Positions 48,969 to 56,460 of a stretch of 56,460 nucleotides of DNA are shown piece by piece. Under the pieces are notes generated by a model. That model saw only the letters and a list, made by a program, of their open reading frames with translations. It was not told where the DNA came from and searched no databases. Position 1 is the first letter of the stretch. The number at the start of each line of letters is the position of its first letter. The position numbers and the translations under genes were made by a program. The stretch is from a bacterium (GTDB taxonomy: Bacteria; Zhuqueibacterota; Zhuqueibacteria; Oceanimicrobiales; Oceanimicrobiaceae): assembly GCA_037446635.1 (NCBI GenBank), contig JBBIIG010000029.1, forward strand, positions 1 to 56,460, in the 5' to 3' direction.

Positions 48969-49802
48969 TTACCGCAAACTTTCCTCCAGCGCCGTGGCCG
49001 CGTCTGTTTTCGCGTCGCGGTATTTGATGATCACTGGCGAGTAAACCGAAAGTCCGTGCTGCTGCGCAAATTTATGTTTCAGCGGCCGCGAGCCCGGCAC
49101 CACCACCGCGCCCGGCGGAATCACCAACGGCGACTCCGCGGTTTTGCGGAGGATAGTTTCGTTCACTAAATCATACACCGCCACCGAGCCGGTGAGAATC
49201 GTGCCCGCGCCAATTACCGCGTTTTCTCCGACAATCGCGCCCTCGTAAATTCCGCAGTTGCCGCCAACCAGCACGTTGTCTTCGACGATCACCGGCAGCG
49301 CGCCCACCGGCTCCAGCACGCCGCCGATTTGCGCGCCGGCGCTCACGTGCACGTTCCTGCCAACTTGCGCGCACGAACCCACCAGCGCGTGCGAATCGAT
49401 CATGGTTTTTTCGTCCACGTACGCGCCGACGTTGACGTACGCCGGCGGCATGATCACCACGCCCGGCGCCACAAACGCGCCGTCGCGAATCGAGGAGCCG
49501 CCGGGAACCTGGCGGACGTTGTCAGCCACAGTGAATTTTTTCAACGGGAAAGTGTGCTTATCGAAATAGCGGAAGTTGTCGTTGATGGAACAATCCACCA
49601 ACTTACCGAGGCGGAATCCCAGTAAAATACCCTTCTTCACCCAGTGATTGACTTGCCATTTTCCGCCGACTTTTTCCGCGGCGCGAATGCGGCCAGTGTT
49701 GAGCCCGGCTTTGAATTCTTCGAAGAGATCAAAAATATTTGCCGGTAGTTTTTCGGTTTCGGTTTCAAAAGCTTGTTCGATGGAGTGCTGGAGATTTTTC
49801 AT
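48969..49802 (-). CDS. dapD: Tetrahydrodipicolinate N-succinyltransferase
   Basis: G.IRAAE...[39 protein letters not shown]. Confidence 0.93.
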   Translation of the reverse strand: MKNLQHSIEQAFETETEKLPANIFDLFEEFKAGLNTGRIRAAEKVGGKWQVNHWVKKGILLGFRLGKLVDCSINDNFRYFDKHTFPLKKFTVADNVRQVPGGSSIRDGAFVAPGVVIMPPAYVNVGAYVDEKTMIDSHALVGSCAQVGRNVHVSAGAQIGGVLEPVGALPVIVEDNVLVGGNCGIYEGAIVGENAVIGAGTILTGSVAVYDLVNETILRKTAESPLVIPPGAVVVPGSRPLKHKFAQQHGLSVYSPVIIKYRDAKTDAATALEESLR

Positions 49803-49861
49803 GATTTTATAAAACTGAGCTTGGCAAAATAATTGAAGACAAAATAATTAAGCTCGCGACG

Positions 49862-49958
49862 TGTCATTCCGAACGCCGACGCTTTATGTCGGCGGAGGAA
49901 TCTGGCGTGGGCATGATCCGTGTTCTACCAGATTTCTCGCTCCGTTTTCGAACTGACG
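49862..49958. repeat. GTCATT...GAATCT/AGATTTC-type palindromic repeat
   Basis: tgtcattccgaac...gaggaatctgg...ccagatttctcgct...; related to 47599-47718 and 48910-48948. Confidence 0.6.
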
Positions 49959-49971
49959 CTTGTGAAGCTTA

Positions 49972-50700
49972 CTATTCACTTAGCAAATCTTCCATCGTGA
50001 ACAGCCCCTGTTTGCCGATGATCCACTGCGCGGCGTAGAGCGCGCCGGCCGCGAATCCCCGCCGGCCGCGCGCGGTGTGTTTCAGTTCAATCGTGTCGGC
50101 CTCGGAGTCGAACCCCACAATGTGGGTGCCGGGAATGAAGCCGGCGCGGGTGGAGGTCACATGCAACTGATTTGCGGCAATCGCGCCCTCCGAAGTTTTG
50201 CCGAGGGCCGTTTGTTTGCGCTTGATTTTTTCGAGAACGATTTTCGCCAGCGAATGGGCGGTGCCGCTGGGGCTGTCCAATTTGCCGCGGTGGTGAAATT
50301 CGTGGATGAACGGATCGTACGGCTCGAAGCGGTCGAACAACTCCGCGGCGTGGGCGACGATTTTAAAAAACAAATTCATTCCAATAGAAAAATTGGAGGC
50401 GTAAATCACCCCAATCTTTGCGGCGCTCACGATTTTTTTGACTTCGTTCAAATGATCGTACCAGCCGGTGGTTCCAATCACCAGCGGCTTGCCCAATTGC
50501 GCGACGGCCTTCACGTTGGCAACGACGGCGCCGGGGACGGTGAAATCAATAAACACGTCCACGGCTGGGGGCGCGCTGGCAGAGGACAGCGGCTGATCAA
50601 TCTCAAACGTCGCGACAATTTCGTGGCCGCCTTCACCCGCCAGTTGCGCCACTTCCTTCCCCATTTTGCCGAAGCCCAGCAGTGCAATTTTTAGAGCCAT
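49972..50700 (-). CDS. dapB: 4-hydroxy-tetrahydrodipicolinate reductase
   Basis: GFGKMG, IDFT, GTTG, ASNFSIG, E.HH..K.DSPSGTA. Confidence 0.94.
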   Translation of the reverse strand: MALKIALLGFGKMGKEVAQLAGEGGHEIVATFEIDQPLSSASAPPAVDVFIDFTVPGAVVANVKAVAQLGKPLVIGTTGWYDHLNEVKKIVSAAKIGVIYASNFSIGMNLFFKIVAHAAELFDRFEPYDPFIHEFHHRGKLDSPSGTAHSLAKIVLEKIKRKQTALGKTSEGAIAANQLHVTSTRAGFIPGTHIVGFDSEADTIELKHTARGRRGFAAGALYAAQWIIGKQGLFTMEDLLSE

Positions 50701-50833
50701 GATCTAACCCGAATGATCTTCTGTTAAAACGAAGTCTCAACTACTTAGAAGGTGGAGTACTGGAGTACTGGAGTGATGGATCAATGAAAGGCTTATCACT
50801 ATTAATCCATTGATCCATTGATCCATCAATCCA

Positions 50834-51835
50834 TTATTCCCTCGTATTCAACAGTTTTTGTACCAATTTCACGTAAATCTCCACCGCGTCGCTCAACTCT
50901 TTTTTGGAAATTCTTTCCTGCGCGGTGTGGGCGACTTTGATTGTGCCGGGGCCGATGAGTAGCGGCTTGCCAAAATTTTTGAGATGGGGGATGTCGGTGC
51001 CGTACGGCAAAACCGTTTGCTCGAATTCCGGCAGGGTTAATAATCTTTGAGGCTCGGCGCGGGTGATGATTTCGATCTCGCCGCGGCCAGCAATCACCGA
51101 TTCCAACTTTTCGAGTACTCGTGACGATGGCACGGTGATGCGAATGGAAATTTGCGCGCTGGCTTCCGCGGCGACCACGTTGTGCGCCACGCCGCCGGCA
51201 ATCGTTCCAATGTTCACCGATGATTTCCCCAGCAGCGCATCTTCGCCCCAATTGGTTGTGCGGACGGCCTCCAAACTATCCAGCAGCTTGTTGATGGCCG
51301 ACTCGCCCATTTCCTGCACCGCCGAATGCGCTGCCTTCCCCTTGGTGAGAATGCGCGCCGCCAGCAGGCCTTTGTGTCCCACGCCCAACTTGTTTTCCGT
51401 GGGTTCGCCCACCACGATAAAATCCGAATTCACCTTCAAGGCGTTGGCGGTTTTCGCGCCGATGCTGTCGGTTTCTTCTCCCACCAAAAATAAAAATCCG
51501 AAATCGCGCACGTTCCTTTCAGACAACTGAATTCCCGCCGCGATCATCGCCGCGAGGATGCCTTTGGCGTCGCACGCGCCGCGGCCAAAAATGTGCGTCT
51601 CGTCTTCGGAAGCCGGGATAAACGGCGGCACAGTATCCAAGTGAGTACATAAAATCACCCGCGGTTTCGGCGAGCGGCTGGCAAAAATATTTTTGCGCGC
51701 CCCAGCGACAACCTGTTCCTGCACTCGAAAATCGTGGCCCCGCAAATAGTCTGCAATAAAATCGCAGACGGCCGCTTCTTCGCCGGTCACCGAGGGAATG
51801 TTCACCAGCGACTTCGTGAGATCAAAAACGGTCAC
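50834..51835 (-). CDS. M20/M25/M40 metallohydrolase (probable DapE-like desuccinylase)
   Basis: THLDTVP, GRGACDAKG, GEE, VGEPT, H..QE; GTG start overlaps the dapA stop (GTGA). Confidence 0.82.
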   Translation of the reverse strand: MTVFDLTKSLVNIPSVTGEEAAVCDFIADYLRGHDFRVQEQVVAGARKNIFASRSPKPRVILCTHLDTVPPFIPASEDETHIFGRGACDAKGILAAMIAAGIQLSERNVRDFGFLFLVGEETDSIGAKTANALKVNSDFIVVGEPTENKLGVGHKGLLAARILTKGKAAHSAVQEMGESAINKLLDSLEAVRTTNWGEDALLGKSSVNIGTIAGGVAHNVVAAEASAQISIRITVPSSRVLEKLESVIAGRGEIEIITRAEPQRLLTLPEFEQTVLPYGTDIPHLKNFGKPLLIGPGTIKVAHTAQERISKKELSDAVEIYVKLVQKLLNTRE

Positions 51836-52710
51836 GCCAGCAGCCCGTAATTTTTCAAAGCCTGTTCGAGCCGCGTTTGGTTGGCCTCGCTCATGGGCGC
51901 CAGCGGCAACCGCAGCTCGCCGACGTCCTGTCCCAGCCGGTTCATCGCAGTTTTCACGGGCGCCGGGTTGGTTTCGTAGAACATCGCCTGGCAAAGGGGG
52001 AAGAGCTGGCGGTGCAGCTTCTGCGCTTTGGAGAGGTCGCCGGCTTGGAACGCGGTGAACAGCGCTTTCAAATCTTTGGGGACGATGTTCGCCACCACCG
52101 AAACCACGCCCACGCCGCCAACCGCAAGAATCGGCAGGAACAGCGAGTCGTCGCCGGAGAAAATTTTGATGCGGTCGCCGCAGGTGGCCGCAATCTCCGA
52201 CGCTTGATTGAGATCGCCGCTGGCCTCTTTGATGGCGACGACGGCGTCGATTTTCGCCAGCCGCGCCACCGTGGCCGGCAACATGTTGACGCTGGTTCGC
52301 CCGGGCACGTTGTAAATCATAATCGGCAAATCCACCGCTTTGGCGATGGCCTCGAAGTGGCGGAACAGCCCTTCCTGCGTCGGTTTGTTGTAGTAGGGGG
52401 TGATGATGAGCGCGGCGTCGGCGCCCATCTCTTTAGCGCGTTTGGTGGCTTTGATGCTTTTGGCGGTGTCGTTGGTGCCGGTACCCGCCACCACGGTTGC
52501 TTTGCCTTTCGCTTCTTCAATCACAATTTCGAAGATGCGGAATTTTTCTTCTTCCGACAGCGTGGGGGATTCGCCGGTGGTGCCGCAGGGCACGAGGCCG
52601 TCCGTGCCGTTTTGGATCTGGAAGCGCACCAGCTCCCGTATTTTCTGTTCGTTGAGCTGGCCGTTTTTAAACGGCGTCACCAGCGCCACGAACGTGCCTT
52701 CTAATTTCAT
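51832..52710 (-). CDS. dapA: 4-hydroxy-tetrahydrodipicolinate synthase
   Basis: ALVTPF, GTTGES, PYYNKP, YNVPGRT, IKEAS, SGDD. Confidence 0.96.
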   Translation of the reverse strand: MKLEGTFVALVTPFKNGQLNEQKIRELVRFQIQNGTDGLVPCGTTGESPTLSEEEKFRIFEIVIEEAKGKATVVAGTGTNDTAKSIKATKRAKEMGADAALIITPYYNKPTQEGLFRHFEAIAKAVDLPIMIYNVPGRTSVNMLPATVARLAKIDAVVAIKEASGDLNQASEIAATCGDRIKIFSGDDSLFLPILAVGGVGVVSVVANIVPKDLKALFTAFQAGDLSKAQKLHRQLFPLCQAMFYETNPAPVKTAMNRLGQDVGELRLPLAPMSEANQTRLEQALKNYGLLA

Positions 52711-52780
52711 TGCGAATGCCTCCTTTTACAATTAAAGTCAACCGCAAAGTTCGCTAAGAAAACGCCAGCGGGCGCAACGA

Positions 52781-52809
52781 AGGTTAAAGATAAAAATTTT
52801 GAATGTCAA
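52781..52809 (-). promoter_or_regulatory. Putative sigma70 promoter of the dap operon
   Basis: TTGACA-N17-TAACCT on the minus strand. Confidence 0.6.
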
Positions 52810-52828
52810 ATAATTTTTGGAGGCTTAG

Positions 52829-52958
52829 AAGGCTGGGCGGAAAATGGAATGTGCGAGCGACTTCATCCTTCGACTCAGCTCAGGATGAAGCTAATTCTCT
52901 TCATGGTGAGCGGAGTCGAACCATGAATTTGTGACATCAAACATTTCCGACCAGCCTT
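52829..52958. mobile_element. MITE-like element with an internal CCTTCGAC..GCTCAGG / GTGAGC..AGTCGAACC palindrome pair
   Basis: Terminal inverted repeats AAGGCTGG(G/T)CGGAAA; CTTAG directly repeated at 52824-52828 and 52959-52963. Confidence 0.72.
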
Positions 52959-53122
52959 CTTAGGCTATTCGCAATTTATGTTATTTATGAAATGCGCCGA
53001 TAAGAAATTAAAACGAGGATTGGGGAATCCGGTTAGGCAACGTTCCTTCTCTTTTCGTTTTGGGGAGGAGAATTTGCACTTCTGCTATTGAGTAGGGCGG
53101 GATATTTTGTACGGAACGAACC

Positions 53123-56100
53123 ATGCGATCGCAATTCTCAATTTTAATCGTGGATGATGAAGTTAGCATTCTCAAGCTGCTTTCCACCTGCCTGCGCAAG
53201 GACTACGAGGTTTTTACCGCGCAAAATGGCGAACAGGCGCTGGCAATTTTAAAGAAGCGCCGCGTCGAAATCATTTTAACGGATCAAACTATGCCGGCAA
53301 TGACCGGACTGGAGTTTCTGCTTGCGGCGCACACAATTCAGCCCGATACCGTCAACGTCCTGTTTACGGGTTATGATGACCTGGCCGCTGCCATCGACGC
53401 CATCAACTCCCGGTTGGTGTGGCGTTACGTGCGCAAGCCCTTCAACCTCGATGATTTGGTGATCACGGTCCGCGAGGCGGCAGAGCGCGGCCAGCTTTTG
53501 GAGGAGAACCAACGTCTCGCCAAGGAGTTAATCAAAGCCAATGCGGAATTAGAGAAAAAAGTCGAGCGGCGCACCCGCGATTTGAGGCAATCGCGCGAGC
53601 AGTACCGCTCGCTGGTGGAATCGGCGCTGACCGGCATCGCGATCGTTCAAGACGATCGCATCCAGTATTGCAACACACGCTGCCGCAAAATTTTAGGTTA
53701 TAAAAAACGCGATTACCTCGGCCGCGAGATTTTTGATTTCATCAGCGCGCGCGATCACGGCCAGCTCAAAAAACGGCTCACGGCGATTCTTCAGGGCCGG
53801 ATTTCCCTGCGGCCGCTGGTGGTGGAGTGGCTGCACCGCAGCGGCAAAATCATCGTGTCCGAAATTTTGGGCGCGCGCATTCTGCACCACGGCCGGCCGG
53901 CGGTGCAGTTGAATTTTATCGACATCACCCAGCGCCACCACGCGCTCTGCGCCTTGCAGGAAAGCGAGCAGCGTTTTGCCACGTTGTTTGAAGAATCGCT
54001 GGACGCCCTGCTGATCGTCGATCCGGCCAATCAAAAAATTTTGCAGGCGAATCGCAGCGTGCGGCGGCTATTAGGTTATAAAAAGAAAGAACTCATCGGG
54101 CAGAGTTTTTCGCTTCTATTTGCCGAAGCCTCCAGTTCAGGTTCGGCAAATTTCGTACACGAGCTGTTGGTTCACAATGCGGTTTTCTACGAACAAAAAT
54201 TTCTCAGCGCCGACGGCTGCGTCATCGCCGCGGACCTGACGGCGACGCTATTGAAATGGGGCGAGACCAAAGCTATTCTCGTCAACATCCGCGACGTCTC
54301 CGAACGCAACGACATGCTGCAGGCCATCCGCCGCCGCGACGAACGCTACGAGATGCTGGTGGAACACATTCCCGACGGCTTTTACCGCAGCACCCCGGAG
54401 GGAAAATTTATCACCGTAAACCGGGCGCTGGTAAAAATGCTCGGTTACGATTCGACCGAGGAGCTGAAAAGCGTCAACATTCCGCGCGATCTCTATTTCA
54501 GCCACGAGGAGCGCGAAATCGCCCAGTCCTCTTTCGCCCAACCGGATTCCGAAACCGTGGTGTTTCGCTTAAAGAAAAAAAACGGCGACGAAGTTTGGGT
54601 GGAAGAAAAAGGCCACATCGGCTATGACGAGAATGGTCAGGTCACATATTATGAAGGCATGCTGCGGGATGTGACCGACCGCAAAAAAGCCGAGGACGCG
54701 CTGCGCCACAGCGAGGAGCTGTTCCGCTTGATTTCGGAAAACGCCGCCGACCTCATCGCCGTGATCGATCGTGAAGGGCGCTACCTCTACACCAACTCGT
54801 CTTTTAAAACGCTGTTAGGGTATTCCGAAGACGAGCTGCGCAACCACACCATCTTCGATTTCATCCACCCGCAGGAAATGGCATCGGCGCGGCGCACCTT
54901 CAGCGAAGCGGTGGCGCTGAAAAAAGGCTGCGTTATCGAAACCCGCGTGCTGCATAAAAACGGCGAGCCGCGCGTGCTGGCGGCCTCGTGCAATATCATT
55001 TTAAACGGCGCCGACCGCGTCGATCGCCTGGTGATGGTGGCGCACGATATCACCGAACGCAAGCAAATGGAAATCGAAATGCAGCGCGCCAAAGAAGCCT
55101 CGGAGGCGGCCAACCGCGCCAAAAGCGAGTTCCTCGCCAACATGAGCCACGAAATCCGCACCCCCCTCAACGGCATCCTCGGCTACGCTGAACTGCTGCT
55201 GGAGGAGCCGCTCACCCCCGAGCAGGCGGATTATCTGGCGACCATTCACAAGTCCGGAAATTATTTGTTGAATCTCATCAACCAGATTTTAGACATCTCA
55301 AAAATTGAATCGCACGGGATTGAGCTGGAATTTGAACCGTTCGTTTTAAGCGATATCATCCGCGAAAAAATCCAGTTCATCCAGCCGCGGCTCACCGAAA
55401 AAGGCGTCACGTTGAACTACCAAGTGCAGCCCGGCGTCCCCCAAAAATTTCTTGGCGATCCCATTCGCCTGGCGCAGGTCATTTTAAACCTGCTTTCGAA
55501 TTCCGCCAAATTCACCGACGCCGGCGCCATCAGTGTTGCCGTGCGCAAAGGCGATTTTGATCCCGGCGACCCGCAGCGCTTTCCGCTGCAGATCACGGTC
55601 AGCGACACCGGCGTCGGCATTCCCGCCGATAAGCACGAATTCATCTTTGAGACCTTCACGCAATTGGACAGCTCCAGCACGCGCAAAAATCATGGCACCG
55701 GGCTCGGGCTGGCCATCACCAAAAAACTGGTGGAGATGATGGGCGGAACCATCGCGGTGGACAGCCAAATTAACAAAGGCTCCACCTTTACCGTCAATTT
55801 GCCGCTAACGGTTTGCGGCGAGGCTGCAGATGCCAATTTCAGCGACTCCAACCAGCGGCTTGATCCCAATGGCAGCGGCGGCGCGCCAGCATCGGAGACT
55901 TCGCCGGCCGCCGGTTATACGCCGCGCATTCTTTTGGCTGAAGACAATGAAGTGAATTGGCGGCTCATTCAAAAAATTTTGGCCCGGCAAGGTTATGAAA
56001 TCACCGTGGCGCAAAGCGGCAAAGCCGTGCTGAAGGCGCTGGCGCTGCAGAAGTTCGACCTGGTGTTGATGGACATGCAGATGCCGGAGATGGACGGTTT

Positions 56101-56460
56101 TGAAACCACCCAAATCATTCGCAAAAATCCGCAATTGCAGCGCCTGCCGATTATCGCCTTGACGGCCTATGCCATGGTGGGAGACGCGGAAAAGTGCAAA
56201 CAAGCCGGCTGCGATGATTACCTCACCAAGCCCATCAACAAAAACGTTCTCATCGAGCGCGTGAACTTTCATTTGCAAAAAGCGCTGGCCATCGCCGAGC
56301 CGGCGCGCCCCGATTTCACGGATTGGCAACTTCAAGAAGACATCGCCGATCTCAAAGATTTTTATATCAAAAATTTAAAGGAGCGCTGCAGCCAGTTGGC
56401 CTCCGCTCGGCAAAAGAAGAGATCGACGGTCCAGATGTTGGCGCGGGTGTGTCCCGCGGG
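53123..56460 (+). CDS. Hybrid sensor histidine kinase: REC, about four PAS domains, HisKA, HATPase, REC, possible Hpt start (3' end outside window)
   Basis: Manual translation: MRSQFSILIVDDE...TDQTMP..TG; PAS repeats; AKSEFLANMSHEIRTPLNG; NLLSNSAKFT; DTGVG; GTGLGLAI; LLAEDN...MDMQMPEMDG. Not in the ORF track (no stop in window). Confidence 0.92.
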   Translation, partial: MRSQFSILIVDDEVSILKLLSTCLRKDYEVFTAQNGEQALAILKKRRVEIILTDQTMPAMTGLEFLLAAHTIQPDTVNVLFTGYDDLAAAIDAINSRLVWRYVRKPFNLDDLVITVREAAERGQLLEENQRLAKELIKANAELEKKVERRTRDLRQSREQYRSLVESALTGIAIVQDDRIQYCNTRCRKILGYKKRDYLGREIFDFISARDHGQLKKRLTAILQGRISLRPLVVEWLHRSGKIIVSEILGARILHHGRPAVQLNFIDITQRHHALCALQESEQRFATLFEESLDALLIVDPANQKILQANRSVRRLLGYKKKELIGQSFSLLFAEASSSGSANFVHELLVHNAVFYEQKFLSADGCVIAADLTATLLKWGETKAILVNIRDVSERNDMLQAIRRRDERYEMLVEHIPDGFYRSTPEGKFITVNRALVKMLGYDSTEELKSVNIPRDLYFSHEEREIAQSSFAQPDSETVVFRLKKKNGDEVWVEEKGHIGYDENGQVTYYEGMLRDVTDRKKAEDALRHSEELFRLISENAADLIAVIDREGRYLYTNSSFKTLLGYSEDELRNHTIFDFIHPQEMASARRTFSEAVALKKGCVIETRVLHKNGEPRVLAASCNIILNGADRVDRLVMVAHDITERKQMEIEMQRAKEASEAANRAKSEFLANMSHEIRTPLNGILGYAELLLEEPLTPEQADYLATIHKSGNYLLNLINQILDISKIESHGIELEFEPFVLSDIIREKIQFIQPRLTEKGVTLNYQVQPGVPQKFLGDPIRLAQVILNLLSNSAKFTDAGAISVAVRKGDFDPGDPQRFPLQITVSDTGVGIPADKHEFIFETFTQLDSSSTRKNHGTGLGLAITKKLVEMMGGTIAVDSQINKGSTFTVNLPLTVCGEAADANFSDSNQRLDPNGSGGAPASETSPAAGYTPRILLAEDNEVNWRLIQKILARQGYEITVAQSGKAVLKALALQKFDLVLMDMQMPEMDGFETTQIIRKNPQLQRLPIIALTAYAMVGDAEKCKQAGCDDYLTKPINKNVLIERVNFHLQKALAIAEPARPDFTDWQLQEDIADLKDFYIKNLKERCSQLASARQKKRSTVQMLARVCPA

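Noticed and set aside
56400..56460. Atypical end of the kinase Hpt region
   Set aside because: It lies at the window edge and may be low-quality contig end, so it cannot be interpreted

Overview
Bacterial chromosomal window. The Bacteroidetes-type primary sigma factor, 'NYPNPFNP' C-terminal sorting domains and the divIVA-pnp-ileS-dksA-lspA-rluD gene order suggest an FCB-group lineage such as KSB1 or Calditrichota (inference). Housekeeping content: a YgeW-like carbamoyltransferase (cut by the left edge), an aldehyde dehydrogenase, YggX, the ileS operon, an M23 peptidase, a sigma70 factor, a JAB-DinG helicase, ggt, a classical menaquinone cluster (menFDBACE, menG, DAHP synthase), solA, a Rieske oxygenase, the dapA-(dapE)-dapB-dapD lysine genes and a large hybrid histidine kinase (cut by the right edge). 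Small accessory cassettes sit between these genes. (1) An AT-rich, overlapping two-gene unit of an unknown 419-aa protein and a PD-(D/E)xK-motif protein; this is my best candidate for an undescribed defence system. (2) A HEPN/partner pair inside the ileS operon whose HEPN gene is frameshifted by a 73-nt structured insertion. (3) A type IIG restriction-modification gene with an AT-rich specificity region, whose 189-bp 3' end is duplicated around a DUF4160/DUF2442 pair; the whole island is bracketed by palindromic repeats. (4) A REP-associated tyrosine transposase with REPIN-like arrays. Intergenic DNA holds many distinct palindromic repeat families, two MITE-like elements and a candidate sigma54-dependent small RNA, and one repeat is inserted in frame into menD. 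I found no CRISPR array, rRNA or tRNA. All family assignments come from motif recognition by eye; no database search was run.
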